Assembly (NCBI GenBank): GCA_021794235.1 | Contig: JAJYRE010000004.1 | Location: 10,920 to 74,919, forward strand | Length of the DNA stretch: 64,000 nucleotides | Direction: 5' to 3' | Origin: Nanobdellota archaeon | GTDB taxonomy: Archaea > Nanobdellota > Nanobdellia > Parvarchaeales > Parvarchaeaceae | Shown here: positions 61,193 through 64,000 of the stretch, in pieces | Numbering within the stretch: position 1 is the first letter of the stretch | Layout of the letters: the number at the start of each line of letters is the position of its first letter | Translations under genes and position numbers: made by a program | The notes under the pieces: generated by a model | What the model was told of the DNA's origin: nothing | Database searches by the model: none | Seen by the model: only the letters and a program-made list of their open reading frames with translations

Positions 61193-62065
61193 ATGGTAAG
61201 AGCACAGACTGGAATCGCGTTTTTGGTGTTGATAGTGGTCCTCGTGGCTGTATCTTTGTACTTATACCAGGGAGGATATCTAAGCGGATTATTTCCAGCG
61301 ACCCACGTACCGCACCAGAACTCTTACGTTCCGCTGACCGTCAATGTGACATCTCCACACGATCTGTCATCCCTTTATCCCAACCAGCAATTTCAGGTTA
61401 TATCAACCATTTCGAACAGCAGAAATACTCCAATGACAGCAACTATAGTTCCTTTCGGCTGCTCTTTTCTGCCTACTACTCAAAGAACTGTAACAATACC
61501 ACAAAACTCTCCATCTTCCATACAGTGGACATTTTCAAGCAGCAGCGCAACAAGCTGCGCAATAACGTTCAAAGTCTGTTTTAACGATACCGCATACACA
61601 GATTACCCTGTAACATTTGTGAATTACCAGTTTACCGGCACTCCGCCGACTTCGCCGCCAACCTCATCATCAGGAGTACCTATATCAATATACTTACAGG
61701 GATTGAATTCCACAATAACCGCACCGCCATCCACAGTGAATTCAACGGTATATGTCAATTCGCTTCAGCTATCCAGCTTCGGAATCGCTACCGGTTTGAA
61801 GTGGGTCAACATCAAAATAGAAAACGACCAGGGTTATTTTACCCTCTATAGCAATCAGATATCCAGAACAAGCAGTATAAATCTTAGTGCCAACAGATAC
61901 GAACTCGCTTTCCAGAACGGTAACCTCCTGTCACCTTTCCCATTCCTTCTAGCTATACCACCGGTGACAAACCCGCAGGGTTATACTTCCAATGTAGCGA
62001 TTAATGTCAGCACCGCGTATACGTACTGCGTGTCTTCAAACAGTCTGCCAGTCGGCATAAAGTAA
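61193..62065 (+). CDS. Surface cluster protein 5: pilin-like signal plus two beta-rich domains
   Basis: 290 aa. N-terminus MVRA|QTGIAFLVLIVVLVAVSLYLY. Starts 1 nt after the previous stop. Confidence 0.5.
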   Translation: MVRAQTGIAFLVLIVVLVAVSLYLYQGGYLSGLFPATHVPHQNSYVPLTVNVTSPHDLSSLYPNQQFQVISTISNSRNTPMTATIVPFGCSFLPTTQRTVTIPQNSPSSIQWTFSSSSATSCAITFKVCFNDTAYTDYPVTFVNYQFTGTPPTSPPTSSSGVPISIYLQGLNSTITAPPSTVNSTVYVNSLQLSSFGIATGLKWVNIKIENDQGYFTLYSNQISRTSSINLSANRYELAFQNGNLLSPFPFLLAIPPVTNPQGYTSNVAINVSTAYTYCVSSNSLPVGIK

Positions 62066-62815
62066 TCAGCTGTTTTTTCCGAACAGCGTATCAATAGCCC
62101 CGGATTCGTAATCACTTACTTCACCGGGTATAATCAGGCATACAGGGGGATTATGGACCTCATTTCCGGCCTTTTCTACAAAATTTATTACTTGATCCTC
62201 TCCGCCTAGTCTGGACGCAAAAAGAGTTTTTTCCCAGTTTATCACGCTTTGACCCCTCTTCCTCTCTATCCCTTTTAGTATATCCACAGCAGCCTGCACC
62301 CCTAGAAAGTTCTTTTCATCCCTTGCTTCCAGTAACACAAGTGTATGCATCCCGTTTTCCGTATTCTGTTTTATGGCATCGAAGAAGCTCTCCGGCCTGT
62401 AATTTTCAGAATATATCGGCATACTTGTCGTGCGTCCGAATTTGTATATCGAAAATCCGGTTTCTCCTATCGCTGAAAATATGCTTGAAGCGTGTATAAT
62501 CCTATAATCTATGCCCCTTACGACGGCTTCTGTTACCAGAGACATATGCGTCGTAGCCGCCAAAGGGTCTCCCGGTACGAGCAGACACACCGTTTTATTC
62601 TGCGAGGCTGCTACAAGCGCGTCATTCTCCACACCTTCTCTTCCCAGAATAGTTATTCTCTTTCCGGTGATTTCTTCCAGCCAATTCAACTGCGTGATAT
62701 CATTCGGATTTGTGTACCTCTCCAGATAGACTTCATCAGCTTTTTTTATGATTTCTACGGCTCTGAACGGCAAATCATTTAAATAATACAAGCCAGTACC
62801 AATTAGATATAACAT
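62066..62815 (-). CDS. dphB: Diphthine synthase
   Basis: 249 aa. MLYLIGTGLYYLNDLPFRAVEIIKKADEVYLERYT... and ..LVPGDPLAATTH. Confidence 0.9.
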   Translation of the reverse strand: MLYLIGTGLYYLNDLPFRAVEIIKKADEVYLERYTNPNDITQLNWLEEITGKRITILGREGVENDALVAASQNKTVCLLVPGDPLAATTHMSLVTEAVVRGIDYRIIHASSIFSAIGETGFSIYKFGRTTSMPIYSENYRPESFFDAIKQNTENGMHTLVLLEARDEKNFLGVQAAVDILKGIERKRGQSVINWEKTLFASRLGGEDQVINFVEKAGNEVHNPPVCLIIPGEVSDYESGAIDTLFGKNS

Positions 62816-62818
62816 ATT

Positions 62819-63658
62819 ATGGTATACTCAATCGACTATATTATATTTATTTTCGCCCTTCTTGTTCTTGGGCTGTCATCGGCGTTCGATATAAAGAGCA
62901 GGGAGGTTCCGCAATTTCTGCTTTACATCCTGATATTCGGGTCGGTCCTGCTTTGCGTGTTCAAGTTTATATTTACCGGCTCTCTGTCATCCATAGAATA
63001 CCTTCCTGTCTCGCTCGCACTGCTCTTCGGGTTCTCATATCTCATGTACATATCCGGCCAGTGGGCGGGAGGTGACGTGCAGATCATGCTAGGTCTGAGT
63101 TTTCTTTTCACTTCCGCAAATATCAGTTCTAACATGTCATTCGTGTCTCTTTTCATAAACATAATGATAGCCGGCGGCGTATACGGTCTTTTCGGCACGC
63201 TAATCATGGGTATAATAAAGTACAAAAGACTGAAAAAGTACCTAAAGTTTTATGATGTGCCGATTGTGGTTTTAGGCGCTATAGCGATCGCATCCTCCTT
63301 CATCCTGCTACCGCTACCTCTGAATCTATTCATACCTGCCATACTTTTCCTTCTGGTCTCCATGCGTTACATGTACTTGATTTCAACCACTGTGGTATTC
63401 GTAAAGACTCCATCGGCAAAGCTGGAGGAAGGTGATTGGATAGCGGAGGAGATACGAGATCATGAGGGGAAGCTAGTAGTAAGACCAAAGGCTACGGGGC
63501 TGTCTAAAAGGGACATAGAGAAGATTAAATCGAATAACATCAGGGAAGTGTTGGTGAAGATAGGCCTTCCGTTTATACCAGGAATATTTTTGGGAGTCCT
63601 TATAACAGTCCTTCTCGGGAATCCTCTTTTGTCTATATTTCTAAGTAGTCTGCCCTAA
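62819..63658 (+). CDS. A24-family prepilin/preflagellin peptidase (PibD/FlaK-like) with an archaeal C-terminal domain
   Basis: 279 aa, polytopic. First catalytic Asp context SSAFDIKSREVP (D24), second in GQWAGGDVQIMLG (GxGD-like). C-terminal soluble insert plus a final TM, as in FlaK-type enzymes. Confidence 0.75.
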   Translation: MVYSIDYIIFIFALLVLGLSSAFDIKSREVPQFLLYILIFGSVLLCVFKFIFTGSLSSIEYLPVSLALLFGFSYLMYISGQWAGGDVQIMLGLSFLFTSANISSNMSFVSLFINIMIAGGVYGLFGTLIMGIIKYKRLKKYLKFYDVPIVVLGAIAIASSFILLPLPLNLFIPAILFLLVSMRYMYLISTTVVFVKTPSAKLEEGDWIAEEIRDHEGKLVVRPKATGLSKRDIEKIKSNNIREVLVKIGLPFIPGIFLGVLITVLLGNPLLSIFLSSLP

Positions 63659-64000
63659 GATTCTTCAAAGAGTGACTCATCTCTTTCAAGTTCATAATCT
63701 TCATCAGGGTCTTCGTTTATCTCATCCTTTAGTGAAAACTCTTTTCTACGCATATACTATTTACTATATAGTAATAGATATCCTTTTAAATATTTAAACG
63801 CTTCTCTGGGCGTCTATAGCTTATATATGAACCACGCCATGTGCCAGTTATAAAAAGGCCGTGAACTTCCACCAACGACATAAATATATCGGTATAAGTC
63901 TAAAAATCCCATCACTCAGTTTACTGTCGGATTAGGCAAATAATCCTGGATAAAATAATCTTTACCATGCACTTTACCCGATAAAGAACCAAAATCCTCC

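Noticed and set aside
63655-64000. Possible 32-aa acidic ORF (minus strand, 63655-63753) and a possible gene tail (minus strand, ending at 63921) at the window end
   Set aside because: The acidic ORF (MRRKEFSLKDEINEDPDEDYELERDESLFEES) is too short to support without conservation data. Only about 25 codons of the other frame are visible, with no motif. Both are left unannotated.

Overview
This is an archaeal chromosomal segment. The archaeal call rests on L7Ae/S28e/L24e, S19e/L39e/L31e, aIF5A, diphthine synthase, Top6A/B, PolB, archaeal DnaG, MCM, Elp3, Rpr2 and intron-containing tRNAs. Packing is very tight: many genes overlap or abut by 1-11 nt, and Shine-Dalgarno-like GGAGG motifs are common. 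By gene content and the sequon-rich surface proteins it resembles a small-genome Thermoplasmata- or DPANN/Micrarchaeota-like organism, but that lineage call is inference only. Core content falls into four groups. (1) Replication and repair: MCM (partial), DnaG, Top6B/A, PolB, FEN1. (2) Translation: uS10, L7Ae-S28e-L24e, uL16, uL13-uS9, S19e-PDCD5-L39e-L31e-prefoldin alpha-FtsY, GluRS, aIF5A, Pelota, MetAP, DphB, Elp3, YbaK-like. (3) RNA genes: SRP RNA and five tRNAs, namely Tyr with a ~49-nt intron, Ala with a 16-nt intron, Ser, Glu and an odd Arg candidate. (4) Transporters and enzymes: ABC NitT/TauT-like, MFS, TauE+DUF1634, CPA antiporter, amino-acid permease, malic enzyme, PduO-type adenosyltransferase and others. 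The unusual part is the surface complement. About ten ORFs, roughly a fifth of the window, start with a short basic N-terminus followed by a hydrophobic helix, in several cases matching the archaeal class III (type IV pilin-like) signal [KR][GA]|hydrophobic. These include a five-gene block at 56.5-62.1 kb next to an A24 prepilin peptidase. One member of that block carries a letter-perfect C2H2 zinc finger on its cytoplasmic side. The group also includes a 992-aa protein with duplicated DUF2341-like modules and a ~1160-aa Ig-repeat protein split by a 1-nt frameshift. Other notable items are a 39-bp perfect repeat shared by the 3' halves of two different tRNA genes, an AT-rich orphan island beside tRNA-Glu, a free-standing LAGLIDADG-like gene beside tRNA-Ser, a frameshifted SDR gene, and a large insertion in the Top6B ATPase fold. 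I saw no CRISPR array, rRNA, transposase or integrase.
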